From Balanoglossus misakiensis (lineage: Eukaryota > Animalia > Hemichordata), in assembly GCA_040954595.2 (NCBI GenBank), contig CM082588.2, forward strand, positions 5,654,202-5,718,201: a DNA stretch of 64,000 nucleotides, given 5' to 3'. Below the pieces are notes generated by a model. That model made no database searches. It was not told where the DNA came from and worked only from the letters and a program-made list of their open reading frames with translations. The translations under genes and the position numbers were made by a program. The number at the start of each line of letters is the position of its first letter. Within the stretch, counting starts at the first letter, position 1. Shown here in pieces: positions 49,337-63,500 of the stretch.

Positions 49337-51476
49337 TTTGGCAGAAGATCGTTGAGCAACTACACGGAAGAAAACAACAACTCTCACCGCAGCTGCACAG
49401 CATGGAATTGTGGGATATGTCAACGCCCTCTCTGCGAAGGACCATACATGTCTTTTGTTTTTCCTTTCTTTTGTTTTTCCAGCCAGTCTGGAAACGTAAG
49501 CTCAATTTCCCAACGATTTTTTAGTAATTTGTTTGGGTTATAAAGGTAGAATAAACGCAGCTGTTGGATTTCACGGCGTTAACACGTACCGTAAAAAGGC
49601 GAAACTTGTTATATGTGACGTCAATCAGTGGGTGGATCTCAAATGCTAATATAGCGATCAACCAATAGAATGAAGCCATTACTATTTTCCATCTAGTGGC
49701 CGCTGCTGGTTGGGAAATAGCGTGCCTTGTTGTTTGAGTTTCTCATACAGACAAACGTAAACGCGTTTATTTCTTTTTAGTTTCATTGGAAAGATTATAG
49801 AGCCACTCAGTTCCAAAAACGAGAGTTTTTGGCGTGATCGGTCAGTGACATCATGTATATGCAAATGTTCACAACTGTCTCAACCCCATGTGCACCGAAT
49901 TTCCCCAAATTTCAGTTTTACATGCAGTACTTGTGTAGAGCCCCTAGCGTGGAATTAGATATCTGTCCTAGTGTCAAGTAAAAGCGGGTTTTCAAAACTG
50001 CCAAAAATCCCCTTAGTCATTTTCGTGAAATTTGGAAAGGTCTTTATCGCGCTATATTATAAACCGAGTGGGGTTATTTTGAAAAGTGTGTTTATCTATA
50101 TTAATGGCGGGTGGCAGCATGTCATTTACATAGTATGCAGGCGACCAGACTTTACTTTAAATACACAAGGGGAATCCATCAATGATTTAAATGATACCAT
50201 AAATAATGATGCTTTACCTATAAAGAGCTGGATCACTGCAATTTTTATGCGCCTTAGTGTGAAGAAAAGTAAGAGGCTTTTGATTACATCTCCGTATAAT
50301 TTTAATAGGTTATTTGATAGTGATGTATCTCTATGTGTAGACATTGATTGATTTTTATACCGTGTGTTTCATATGCAAAGGTTCTATTTAGATTAAAATG
50401 ATACAAGACACCGTATGTTATTCTACATGTGGATATATAATGAATCAACGTTCGACCACACACAACTTCCATCCCGTTTGTAGGATATGAAAGTAAAAAT
50501 CTCGTCGTTGAACACAATAATTTGTCTTTTGCGGAGACCACGTTCCTTATCTTTCTGTTGAGAGTTTGAGCCCCGATGAAATTTACTCATTGAGTAACTC
50601 ACCCCGCTTGCCTAGTAAAATGTTAATAAAATAAATAAATATTAAATTAAATAAATGGTATAATATAATGACCCTTTTACATGTACATGTACCGAAAATT
50701 CGATATAAACAACTCTTAACAGCTTGGACTAGATTCCCCATCTGTTACAACATGTGCGCATATGTGTTTACTGCCGTGGTTACTATAAGCTTACATTAGT
50801 AGTATTAGTGGACGTGTAAGTGGGACTGATGATGTACTCTTTGTCTTTAAACCACATTTTCAGCCGACTATATGTGCGTGTTTCTACACAAAGGCTCTGA
50901 TGACCTCTGAAAGCAGAGTTCGAATTTTGAATTTGTTCTAATAACCTGCACGTGTTTAACACATGGCGTACGTACAATACATAAGTGGGGTCCATGCATG
51001 TCCATAGAAATTCGGAATGCACTGCAATTTGTGAAATGTATACGCCCAAGGTCCGTTCAGTCTCCCGTACACGTACGCACGACACTGCAACCTGTTGTTC
51101 GGGTCAAATGAGCAGGCGCATATTTCTTTTCAGATAAAACAAAACAAAACAATTCCTGTTTGAGTCTTCTTTGTTTGGTTGGCATGGAAAATTCACTGAT
51201 AGAGTCTCCGCTCCGAACTCCTAGCGTTGTTCATCAACCAACAGCTTGCCGGGTTTTTTCACGGGGGAATACTCTCAATAATCTGATCGGTACACACATT
51301 ATCGCCACCTGTCGCCGCGATGATGAAATTTATGCGATATACCCCAGTATCATGACTATGAAATATAAGTTATCTGAACAGTTCGCGCGCATATAAACAA
51401 CTTAGAAGAGGCAACTGGCGGAATAAAGCCACTGTGTTTAATATTAGCAGTAACACCAGGTGATCGAAATTCAGCG

Positions 51477-52601
51477 ATGAAGAACAAAAAACTGATTTTC
51501 ATTGTCTTATGCGTTATCCTGTATATGTTCTATAGTCGCCAGCGGTATGCTTTGTCCCCCATCTACAATCTCATGCCGGCACGCCATGCCGACGAGGCGA
51601 GTGAAAACTCCCCCGGAGGTAGTATCCTCGGGACGGCTTCTCGGAGACACGCCGAACGTGGTAACATTGAAGCTACCTTTGCAGTTGAAAACGCCAGCCA
51701 CGTTGCGGGGGACGTGAAACACGGTCCCGGAGGAGCTGTAACCAATATCACCGCGATGGTGAAAGAGATCGGGCAAAGGCACGATTTCGTTGTGCTGTTA
51801 TACCTGAATATTGGCTATTTGAACATAACGAAGAGCTGGACATGCAACGTCGAGTGCATGGGGATCTTGTCACAGACTGTGTTCGTATGCAGCGATGCGG
51901 AATCGTACTGGTCGCTAAAGAACTGGAAGCCAACGTTGAACGTGATTCTCCACCGCTTTGGAACGGCCAAGACTCTCACCTGGGGCCAGGACAGTTACTT
52001 CGAGTTCTTGCTGTACCGCGCCCAGTCGGTGGAGTCGGTACTGAGCGACGACCATTCCGTCTTCCTCGTCGAGTCGGACGCCGTCTGGCTCAAGAACCCA
52101 ACGGTGCTCTTCAAGCACTATGCCAACAAGGACCTCATCTTGGTGGCCAACCGACACGCGGAGGACGAGAAGGAACGGAAAGCCCTGCCGGCTTTCGCGT
52201 ACCTCAACGCAACCGCTAACACAATAAGCCTGTGGGGCAAGCTGGTGGAACTCTGCACGGAAAACTTGGAGAGATACAAGGAAGGGAAGCGTAAAACAAT
52301 CGGAGGCAGCGACATGAGCAGTCTAAACGTTTTAATCCGGAGCGAACCAGTCGAGGTGCAGTGGCTGCCAGAGGACAAATTCGTCGGCGGCGGGTGGTAC
52401 GGAGGCTCGGAATACAACGAAGAGTTCGCCGACTCACTGATCGTCCTTCATAACAACTTCATCATCGGGAACGACAAGAAAGAAGAGAGGGCCAAGCTTT
52501 GGGGACATTGGTTTCTGTCCGACGACGGGACAAAGTGCACGGGCCATCCTTGCACTTCCATACCTGTTGCGCGGCCAATCACAGTCGGTAACCAGGGATG
52601 A
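51477..52601 (+). CDS. Intronless type II membrane nucleotide-diphospho-sugar transferase (PF03407 / GT77-like), 374 aa
   Basis: A single ORF with a short basic N-terminus, a TM segment (LIFIVLCVILYMFY) and a stem. Family motifs follow: LNIGYLNITKSWTCN, VFLVESDAVWLKNP (DxD-like), YLNATANTISLW, GSDMSSLN, WLPEDKFVGG and LHNNFIIGNDKKEERAKLWGHW. TATA-like CATATAAA at ~51390. Confidence 0.8.
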   Translation: MKNKKLIFIVLCVILYMFYSRQRYALSPIYNLMPARHADEASENSPGGSILGTASRRHAERGNIEATFAVENASHVAGDVKHGPGGAVTNITAMVKEIGQRHDFVVLLYLNIGYLNITKSWTCNVECMGILSQTVFVCSDAESYWSLKNWKPTLNVILHRFGTAKTLTWGQDSYFEFLLYRAQSVESVLSDDHSVFLVESDAVWLKNPTVLFKHYANKDLILVANRHAEDEKERKALPAFAYLNATANTISLWGKLVELCTENLERYKEGKRKTIGGSDMSSLNVLIRSEPVEVQWLPEDKFVGGGWYGGSEYNEEFADSLIVLHNNFIIGNDKKEERAKLWGHWFLSDDGTKCTGHPCTSIPVARPITVGNQG

Positions 52602-55359
52602 TCCCATCCAGCTTACAGGAACATCATTTTTAATTTTGTAGATTCTTTGTGCGGAGTAACCCCAAGTCGCATTGCGTTTTTAGCCTTTATAAAGATTCTT
52701 AAGTTATAAAGGTTCGCCATCGCTCATTTTTTTCTCAACTGACACCCTCTGTTTATTTTTTCTTGGGTGAATTTCGGTACAGATGACTCGTCAAGACTTA
52801 AAAGGACAATATTATGTAGTACGGAACACAGAACGCAGTAACTATGACGGCGACATGAGTCGGTCTCGGTGCAAATCTTCAAACCTTGTATTACAGCACA
52901 AACCAGCAGATATTGTTACTTTACTTCTTAAAGAAAAGTTTAGGGGTAGGGGATGTGTCAAGGCGTTTTGGGTTTGGAATTGAAAGCAGAAACCACACAC
53001 AGCGGCATTAATTGAATATTTTATTTTCGTTTGTAACATGTCTACATCATATTGCTGGGCTGCACGCCTTCTCTGATCCTCTTTTATGAAATACCAGCTT
53101 AATGTCATTGCATAGGTTTTTTTTCCTGGTGTTACAGTACATAGCAGCTGCCAAAATGTGTGAGAAATGCCCATTTTTACCAAAATGCCTTTTTTCGAAT
53201 TTATACAGTCTTGAAGATAGAAGCAGTCAAGATAACTAAACAGCTGTGAATTTTCACCCGGATTTCATATTTCTCAGAAAAACTGTCAATGAGACTTGCT
53301 GTTCATGATCTTGGTGGGGTCCTTTGATGCATCAGAAAATACGAAATTTAACTGTTCTCGGAAACAGCTCCATCTAGCGGTGATAACATCTAATTCTTGT
53401 TTCCTCATTTTTAGTAGAAGTGACGAATCGTGGAAAAATGAAAGTTATGGTATAATTAAAAATGGTGGAAAAGAAAAAGACAGAAAGAGAGAATGAAAGA
53501 AAGAAAGTAAGACGATAAAGATAAGATTTTGTGGGAGAATTATTAAGCCTCGCAACTACTTATTCTATTTCTGAACATTTTAGCAAGGTTTGGCAATTAA
53601 CTATTTTCTACATAAGAACTTCATGGAGATAAAGAAAACTCCATCACAGCAGTTTTCCAGTCAGAGTTTCTCTTCTGTAGTTCCCATCTGTTGGCTAAAT
53701 TAACTGAAAAGAAAAAGAGATATTCTTTAAAAAACAATATGGACAAAATATGGCATTTTTAGATGATATCAAGCAACATGGTCAAGGAGAATGCTCGAGG
53801 GCGGGCCCTGCTGCGGGTTTTCATGTCCAGAGTACGTCACTATCATTGACGACATTGCAATTTCGACATCCTGAGTGTAGTTTTCAATAAGGTGATATCG
53901 GAAATTTCTGTTTTGAGAAATATGAAGATTTCTAAGTGTGGAAAACCTAAAATATGAGTGGGTGTTCAATATTGCATGATTCACAAATTCTCTTCTGAAT
54001 GAAAAAAAAAGAAAACGCTGAAAATAAAGGACATGAAAGACAATACCTGTTGATTGAGTCTTGTGTGTTTACTTGTCAATGCATTGGAGCTATTCATTCT
54101 CTCATGCCGCCACTGGATCAGGCCATAATGCAGCTTCGTATTATCAAAATAAAACAACTTCTGCCAAAATCGTTTATTTGTTAGTCAACAAAAACACACA
54201 CCACACGCATGCACATATAAAGAAAAATTGAAATGAAGGAAGGAAACATTTAAAGAGAGAAGAAGATCGTGAAGTCAAAAGAGAAAAGGTGAAGAAAGTA
54301 GAAATAAGTGACTTCATCATCATGTGATTGTTTACTAAATCAACGAATATTTTACGCGAAGTTTGTACTATAGGCTCAGAAGGTTCCCACTTGGCATTAA
54401 AAATGTTTAACCTACGTTCTAAACAAAGGCCAAATTATATTGTTTTCATTAATATTCATTAGCTAATTTGCAATTTCTAAATGCGAAGATGAAGTCACTT
54501 AAAGATTTCAGAGAAAGAAAAGAAAGACAAAGAAAAAAATTTTGAACAGCAAATTTAAGGCATGTCTTTTGTTCTACATTAACTTTATTTCCTTGTCTAC
54601 CAAAAAACAAAACAACATCATGGTTGTTTTACAATGATGCGACAATAACGATTCGCACATGATCTTTGACCTGATTTCCATATTACAACATTTATTGATA
54701 CAGGCATACTTTGCAGGTCTCACTACAAAAGGTGAACTAGGAAGTTGTTACTCGGTCCATAAATATGGCAATCTTTTGGCAAGTGTTTTGTATAAGTTTG
54801 TAAACCCTAAACTTTTTTTCTAACATTCTTTCTACACGAGAATCTGTTATGGCTATTATACAGAAATACTGAAAAGACAAACCCATGGGATTGAGAAAGT
54901 TTTCATTTAAGATATTTAACACCGAATTTGATGGTTTGTATGGCAATTTCTTTTTTATTTTCAACGGAAGTTAGCATTTAGTGTTAACAGTATTAATGGA
55001 AGATAACCGCAAAAAGCCACCATTTTTTTGTTTTATAATCTCTGGAGATGATCAACACCTTGTCTGTATCGCAGATTTTAATTAATTTCCAGTTTTAATC
55101 ACCAAACAAAATAAATCCATATTTTTCAGATCAAGTGTGAATTGTTGACCTAAAGAACATATTTTTTCTCGGTTGGTATATGACAAAATCCAGAGTGATT
55201 TTCAGTAGCTTTAATGATAGGCAGATTTCACCTTGCATGCTTTTACTAACGTCAAGCAGAGAACATTGTTTTTTTTCCTTTACAATTATAAATGTTACTG
55301 TGTCTGTTTTCAAACTATTGAGTGTCGGATAACTCGGTTTCCTAGCAAGCAAAGGGGAT

Positions 55360-58300
55360 TTACTTGGTTGGGTCTTGGTAGTTGATCTGTCTTCCCAGAC
55401 CGAAATTTTGACCGGCTTGCGAAGCGCCTTTGTTTGATCCCATCTGTAGACCAATTTCTGCTCTCATGGCGGCCTGTTGTTTGAGTTCTTCTTCTGTCCA
55501 TTCTCGCTTGTTCTCTGCGGCTTGCTTGGGTCCCAGTGTTGGGCCGCTGTAGTCTGGTTTTGTTTGTGACTGTGTGTTTATACAAAAAATATACGTGCAG
55601 CAGTTTCGGATGGAGAATTTCATCAGTCACCGTTGATAAATTCGTACAAATGCACAAAACTTACCTCCACATAATTTGTGCAGGTACAATTTGTTTGAAG
55701 GTATACAGTCAACATGCAAATTTACCATGGCAGATTGAGATCTAGCCAATCACAAACTTTCAGTGGGTGGCACACGCGAAAAAAAACGTTTAGAACACTC
55801 AAATACCCCCATTTCAGCCATATGTGGGCATATGTAAATTGGAAATGACCTTTAATTCAGAAAAAAATGTTTGTACACATATAAAGTCGAATTGGTTTAA
55901 ATTGTGGTGTATTTTGAAAGACATTCAAATACTTACCAAACGGCCGATAGCAAAGATACACTGAGTGAACTGGGCAATGTTAGCTTTCTCATACAAGTCG
56001 ACCACTTGGAAGACATCTGTTTCAGGGACACCGTAGGCTTTGGCAAATTTTTGGAACTGTTCGATATTTTCTCTCTGTAATAGAAAACGGGAGAAAGCAG
56101 CATACAAGAGTATTAGAAAAAACAAAACAAAGAATCACTGTGCTAAGTGCCTCGGCAAATTTAACTTCATGGAAACAATGTAAAACAGAGTATTCTGAAT
56201 CAGTATTAGTGTAGCATATGTTGATGTATAAATATCGAGTGTGGAGTTTTTAATACAATAAAAACAATGCAAATGATGAAACAGCTGTTCATGAATAGTA
56301 CAAAAACAGTAAAATAAAAGCAGATCAACTGAACTCTTGCATCAATGTGAGTCACCGTATATTTTATGCGATGGGCATGATTGTGTAATGGTGCTAACCA
56401 GTTTGAATGATTGTCCTTTGTTGGTATTAATCTTCTTGATTGAGCCAGGTGTAAGTGCATTTGCCAACCTGTAGACAAAAACAGATAAAGGATCAATAAA
56501 ATCACGATTTGGTGACAAATAAAATCATCTTCTGAGAGCGCAAAACAATGTTTCTGTCCCGTCTACCATACTGTCCAGAAGGTGATGTTTTGCACCATCT
56601 ACTTTTCAACCCCCAGAAATAATTAGTTTTATTTTGCAGATATCAAAATATGAGGCCCCATATCTTTGAATGATCATGCGATCATGGTTTCAGTGTCTAA
56701 ATCCTTGCATCCTGACCCCTGGTAACCTATTACATCGAGCTTTCTTCTGAGTTCCACAAGGTCCAAAGGCTTAACAATGCAGCTTTGTTAGCTGTAACTC
56801 CTTTGGTCTGAACGAGAATTAAGACAGTCAGTCAGTCAATTTAGCTTCAGACTCAGGTTGTGACACATACTTGCAGATGAGAATACCGTCTTTCAAGGCT
56901 TCAGCATAGTCGTCTGTTGGGAACTTTTCTCCAGTCAGAGTCTCAATCCAATCTCTGGCTTCAATCTCCTGTTGGGGATCACGCTTGGCTCCAATCTGTG
57001 AAATACAGACAGTTAAAGGCATAAGATGACGAGACATACAACTGTCACACACCACAGCTCCACTGAGGTTCTCTCACGAGAATGATTTTATAACCAAAAA
57101 CTTAAAAATATCAGAGTTCAAGATCATAATTGCAGTTACATGAAGACTCAATATGCTACATTGTAAAATTAATAAATTCCTTTGGCATGGCATTTTACCA
57201 GAAGCACTATTTTTATGCAAGCAGTTATCCCCCATATACACCCATTGGGTGTCACTTAAGCCATAAATTGTCCACACTTCTAAGAGTTCAAACTACTTTA
57301 TTTTAACATAATTTGTCCATGTATATGGTTACCAGTGACCCCCTCCCTCTCCCTGTTTTGTGGTTTACTATATAGAAGAGAATACTAATTTGGGTTGAAC
57401 CACATGTGGCCAAATTGATCATGGTGATTTTCATTTTTTTCTCTCACTCTGGAAATGTTTAACCAGCTTTGTTTCAATTTTGACAAATTTTAGTGTGAAA
57501 GATTTACCCCCGGGTGTGATCGTTTCATTAGGTGATATCTAGTTCAACCTGCAGCCAATGTATAGAGGAATCTGGGTCGTATCTGGTATATGCATTGAGG
57601 AGTGAAAACAACACCCCGAGTGCAGAATACCACAGATTACTCCCAGCGCCCAAAGAAAAACACCGGGGCAGTGCGTTGCATTGGTTGACTAAATATGGCA
57701 TGGCTGGCGCTGACTGACTCATCGCACAACCATGCATAAATTGACCACGTTCACATCCTGGGACTAAACATTTCAGTGTTAGCATCTCAGACTGCAGGGT
57801 CCCTGGGTCTCTTGAGGTCAGTGACATGTCTGCACATGCTCAGTTCAGACTATTAAAAGATCACCCCATGTGTTTGAGTGCCAGCTGTTTGGAATTCTTG
57901 CGGAGAGTTGTTATTTCGAGTTTTACTATTATCGAGGCAATTCCATATCTCTATGTACATTGATTGGGTGATGACGAAAAAGGAATTTCTTTATGAAAAA
58001 ACTCTAAATTAGTCTCCTTTCTGTGAAAAAAATATTTCAAGTCCCTCAGTTTTGAAAAGTTGATTACTTTAACCACTGTGTATATGTCTACTTCTGAAGG
58101 TGACCCACTCCTTAATGCCACTTAAAAGATCAAATGGCCCATCCACAATATTCCCACTTGACCTTGCCATGTGCAGTAAACTGGAAGAGTACTTATTTAT
58201 ACGTCTGGTTGTTATATATAACCGCGTAGTACATGTAATAGCAATTACGACCAAAAATTTAATTTTAAGCATTTTGTTAAGAGTTCAACTGAACTCTGTT

Positions 58301-60559
58301 ATAAACACTCTCAGGGTCTGTTTAGTCTGCAGAGTGGATATAAACATAAATCAAATGATTTGTTTTTCAACTGACTGTTGTTAAAGACTATATTCCAGTA
58401 AACCACGGTAAAAACTCGAAATTCCAACACATTTTATTTCTGATATAAAGTAAATATTGCCTGATGGTTTTAAAAAGTTGTGACTACTGTGCAGCCAGGC
58501 AAGTTAAAAAGCCAAAAAAAAAATACTTTTTAAAAATATTCAACAGTCGGGGAGGCCAACAAGGGATGACGAAAGGGTTAGTTAGGAATCTTGAAATACT
58601 AAGAAAGAAGACGAAAGGATTTTGTTTCAAAAGGTCCGAATGGATACCTTTTCATCGATCACAAATTGACAGGCCTACATTTGCATGTGACTGTTAATTT
58701 GCACCATCGGTAGATGGCGCTTTTCATGACCGCCTTCTTTGCAGAAACGCCAGGGGTGAATCTTGTAAGTGGGGAATTTATAACTAAGCACTTGGCCACC
58801 TGTTCCTGTTGTAAGAACTGTTTTGATGGCCCATGTCCACATTTTGAATAAAACACATAATTTTTAATAAAAATATTTACAATCAACCATCATGAACAAA
58901 AACTCTGAAGACGTTCCCTTCATCATATAAGCTATATCCTTCTTTGTTGTTTCGTTTCTGTTGAATCTGAAATGTGCTGAAGATATCTTGATTGTATTAC
59001 ATATCTTTTCACCTGACGCGGTAGCCTGTTGGCCAGAGCCAGGCACTGCCTGCTAGTTGGTAATATCATAAAAAAGAGAGGTCTGCAGTTTTGTACTTTT
59101 ATGGTGGGAGCTAGTGGATACCAAACATTAAATTGAAGTCGAATGACTTGGAGACACGGAAGGACGTGCCCTGTGGGTTTGAGAGGTATTTGTAGAATTT
59201 GCAGAGGTGCACCATGGGATAGCATATGTCTACCTCAACTGCAGAAGTCTGTTCTCTGGTATTCCACAGAAACAGATGGGAGAATCTGTCTTCAATCGAT
59301 CCGGAACATAAAACAGACATGTTTGAGTGGTTTTGTTTCTTGATATGGGAGTGTATTTGCACAAATTAACAAATCAGGCGTCTGCTCTTTTCTGACTCGC
59401 GCATTCCGATGCGCATTTCAACTGTGACTAACAACATCGGATGCAGCCCCAAGATGTTGGAATTTTATTACCCACAATTCCCAGCATGGGACCGGTGGAC
59501 ATTCAACATGCCGAATATTTGACCGCTTCACCTTAGAGCAATTTGGTCTCAAGTAACAAATATGGCTCTCGAGTTTCTGTCCAGAACTTTCAAAACATTT
59601 CCAGAATTTCACACGCGAACTGGTGCGGTCATCAAGCAATTTCAACATCTGAAAAACTGCCTTGATTAATTATGCATGACTTATTCTGCCATATCGTAAA
59701 AGATTCATTACAGGAGATTTCAGAGATGAAATTTGATGTATTTTTTTCTCGTCTTTTTAAAACACACTAAACCTACCTACACATGTATGTTGCAAGTTTG
59801 AAAAGTAAGAGACTCCATCTCAAAAGTATTTTCGTTCGATAATTTGCACTTAATTTGTACCGGAACGCAAGGTTAATAGTCATATCACTTTTTCCTTTCC
59901 AATGAGCTTTGAAAAACAAAATTGTTTATCTCATGCAGGGTCTGGATGTGGTCTGACTGGTATACATTACCCATCATGGAGTAAAGGTCACCGGATAAAT
60001 CAACTGATAAGACGGCAAGAGTCCTCCAAGAGATATTTGTGGCGTACATACAACCTTGCACGGATCATGTGTCGCATTTCAATGTTTCCACGCCAGGATA
60101 AAATTAAACACTTTGTGGCTCAAATTCGCAGATTAAAAAAGTCCACTTCAGTTTTACTGTGTTAAACTCGAATTTCAGTTCGTGTCACTGCAATAATTGT
60201 GCTTTGCAATGTTCTTGAAAACTTAACTTTCCATCCTTGAATGTCTGGTTATAGCATCATCAGGTGATTTTTTTCTCATATATTTCACGAATCACAAAAT
60301 AAATTCTGCAGATTTTCACTGATCTGGACTAATTTTAATACCACATCTATGAAGAGACCACGATATGTAGACATTTGCTTTTTTTCCTGGAAATAGCTTG
60401 AACTCTGACGATTTTTTTGGAACGTATCCCATCCTCCATACATGGACTTCCATGGAAAAAGCGAACTTTTCCAAAGAAGAGAATACACGTGAAAAGTTTG
60501 TGTCTTACCTTGGCAGCTACCTGTGCGCTCATTCCATATCCCTTCGGTCTGTTTGCCAT
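55360..60559 (-). CDS. Myophilin / muscle protein 20 / transgelin-like calponin-family protein, ~197 aa, 5 coding exons
   Basis: Exons 60559-60509 (MANRPKGYGMSAQVAAK), 56995-56871, 56468-56399, 56074-55937 and 55569-55360 total 594 nt in frame. The protein has a CH domain (ALKDGILICKLAN...ENIEQF...DVFQVVDLYE) and one calponin repeat (IGLQMGSNKGASQAG). Confidence 0.93.
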
Positions 60560-63500
60560 GACTGCAAAATTTCTTTAAGTGGCACTCAACGAACACAGAG
60601 AGTGAAAAATTGGAGCAAGTAAAAGCCTTGAGTTGGTGGGGAAAAACTCCTTTCCTCTGCTAGCTCTGACTGGAATGTGTAGCCAGTGAAAATGTTCTTG
60701 AATATTTCTTGAAGATCTGATTTCGCCGCACCACTTTGATGGACAGGGGCTGGGCGACTGCTGATTGGCCCGGCAGTTACTTGTGGGCGGAGCATTACCA
60801 TATATGAATATTCATGTCAGGATCTTGCGCTCGTTTGCATACGCATCATTGCATTATATATGCAACTGTTTGACTTAGGGGTTTCTATTTTAAGATTGTT
60901 GGAATAAACTTACAGGGACAAGTGCAGAAAGCTGCATATTATGCAAAGCATCCTGGTAAACATTTTGATTGGGAAAAGTTTGTAATACTTAGGTTCTTAA
61001 TCATTCGCTGAACTTCGGTAATTACAGATGATAAATACTCAGAAATAATTGACATTTTTTAAGAAAGCTCACTCGACAACTTCACTTCAAAATTTCACAG
61101 TGGTACATGTGTGGCATGGCGTATGATTTGCTGCATATTTGCTGTTGAAAGACAGCATTCATGTTTGTTTGTTTATCGTGTCTACTCTGTACAGTCAGTG
61201 CTATACCCCCCTGATCAAACAACTGTTCCCTGCTGTTGGTTTCCATGGCAATGGGTGCATTTGTAAACTGTAGCAAACAGAAGGAATTCTTCTGCACTGG
61301 GATCAACAGCGTTGATATCTTTGAGTGAATTTCAGCTGTCACAATGTGTTTTTGCTTCCACTCCATATGGTGCCACAGTCAATTTCCCACACAAGCTTAA
61401 TCAGCCAAAACAAATTAACAGCCATATAATGCAGCTCCTAATTAGTGTTTCCACAACCAATTAGCAATCAAGAGGTTTAAGTTCACTACAAATAAACAAA
61501 AGACTTTACACCAACAAGCTGTATGAAAACACACAAAGCAAGCTGCCTGTTGGACTAGCAGTGGCAGCCATATTTAAAAGATATTTTGAATATCTTATAT
61601 AAAATTACAAAAATCCAAATGGCCGTAATTGTCATCTCATCACTTTTTGAATTAGACAGATTGATGAATTCAATCGGACGTCTCAAATGGCAATGTGTGG
61701 TCATCAGGGTAAGGTACATACCACTTCTGAGGAAATGAGCAATTTTTATTTATGTTTCAAAATCGTTGTCGGAAACTCCCCACGCAGTGCCCCAAGCTTT
61801 GGCCGTGAGTTGCCAAACGGTGATCCCCAACCCCATGTATGGTTAAGAATGCCTGATCTGTACGGGCGACACCCACCCTGAATGTAGCTGAAGTATAGGC
61901 TTGTTGGTGGTGGAATGTTGGCTATGTTATTTCCCTTTGCTTTAAATGTTAATGTGTAATGCCAGCACAAAAAATCCTTTTATTCCAGAATCTTCTCATC
62001 TTTTGGAACTGAGTCATCTGACAGAAATTAAAGAGTCATTGTAATAAATGTCACATTTTCACAAGGGAAGATTTTTTAACTTCCAAATATCAAAAGTGCA
62101 TACAATTCTTCCTCTTTGTTGTTTGTGTGTCACTGAAATCCCCATTAAGATATGACAGATTAACATTGCTACAGGTCCAAGAAAAATATGTTGATGCTAA
62201 ATTGGTAATAACCTACAATAAAATATATGCAAATCATGAATTTTTACTTGAATTCCCCCACTAATGAAATGAAAACTGCTTTTGACAAATTTTCTGATTT
62301 CAAAGAGTTGAAAAATACACACAGATTCCACACATTGAGCCTTCCTGATCAAGTCCCTTGTAAAATTTATGACCTTTGACCTCTGGTGCTGACTGACGTA
62401 TATAGACCACCAATGATTATACTCTGAACAGCTGTCTGTCTTTGCATTCTCTCTGATCCATTTCAAAACCTGTGTATGTAATCAATCATTTCTGCCAATT
62501 CTTCTCATTAATTCTCAATCTCTAATAATATTTCTTTCTTTTTTTTCCAGTAAAGGTGGAACTTTTGCAAAAAATTGAATATAATAATGGTGTTCAACAA
62601 TGCAGTAATTAATAAGATAGTTTAAAAATAAATTGAATAAAATGTAATTATTTCAATTTGAATAGTAATTATATAAGGAGCCAATATAACTGCTTCTTTA
62701 AGTTGACCATATTGATGGCATGGACCTGGTAATGTGTCATAATAAAAATGTACATCAATGATATGATCACCCTGTTTTCCCAATGGAGTGTCCTGATGAC
62801 AATACGGAGATACCAAATGCTGAAGGCTACGGGTGTAACGGCTGTGCGTATGAGGTGGTAATTAATATCTCAATAATCCTGCAGACATCAGCATAATGGT
62901 ATTTTCATTGAAATAGTTTGCTTTCAAGGTGCCAAAGTTCAAAGACCTCAATTACTAATTGCCCTGGTCCTTCTTTTTGAAGGGGTCAAGAGGTCAAACA
63001 TTTTGAGCAGATGGGTGAAAAAGAAATGCATGTAGGCTGAGCTCTGCATGAATGTGTGTTATGTGGCGTTTACAGGTTTGGACATTTTGCAGGATTACGT
63101 GAGTGACTGCTGGCATATTTTTGAATTCCATGCCAACAATATCGCAGTGCAGAATATATCGTTGACAAATCCCAGCTTTGCCGGTCGCTGAAACCTAGTT
63201 TGTATGCACCAAGCTGACACAAGCTTTATTTATGAAATATAGTCTTTTTGTGTTTAATTTATAAGTGCTTTTGTTCATTTGAATATTTATATGTACTTTG
63301 GCCACAATCATTAGATGCAATGACGCAGTATGTAAACCAGGGTCGATGCATTTCAATTCAATCAATCAAATGTCACACTACAGAATTTAAGTACATATAC
63401 CAGATTATGATGGAACCTTTAAAGTTTACAGAAATGTTCACTTTATGATTGATATTGTCCAGATTCTTGGAATACCTTCATGTCGTAACAGCTAGTTTTA

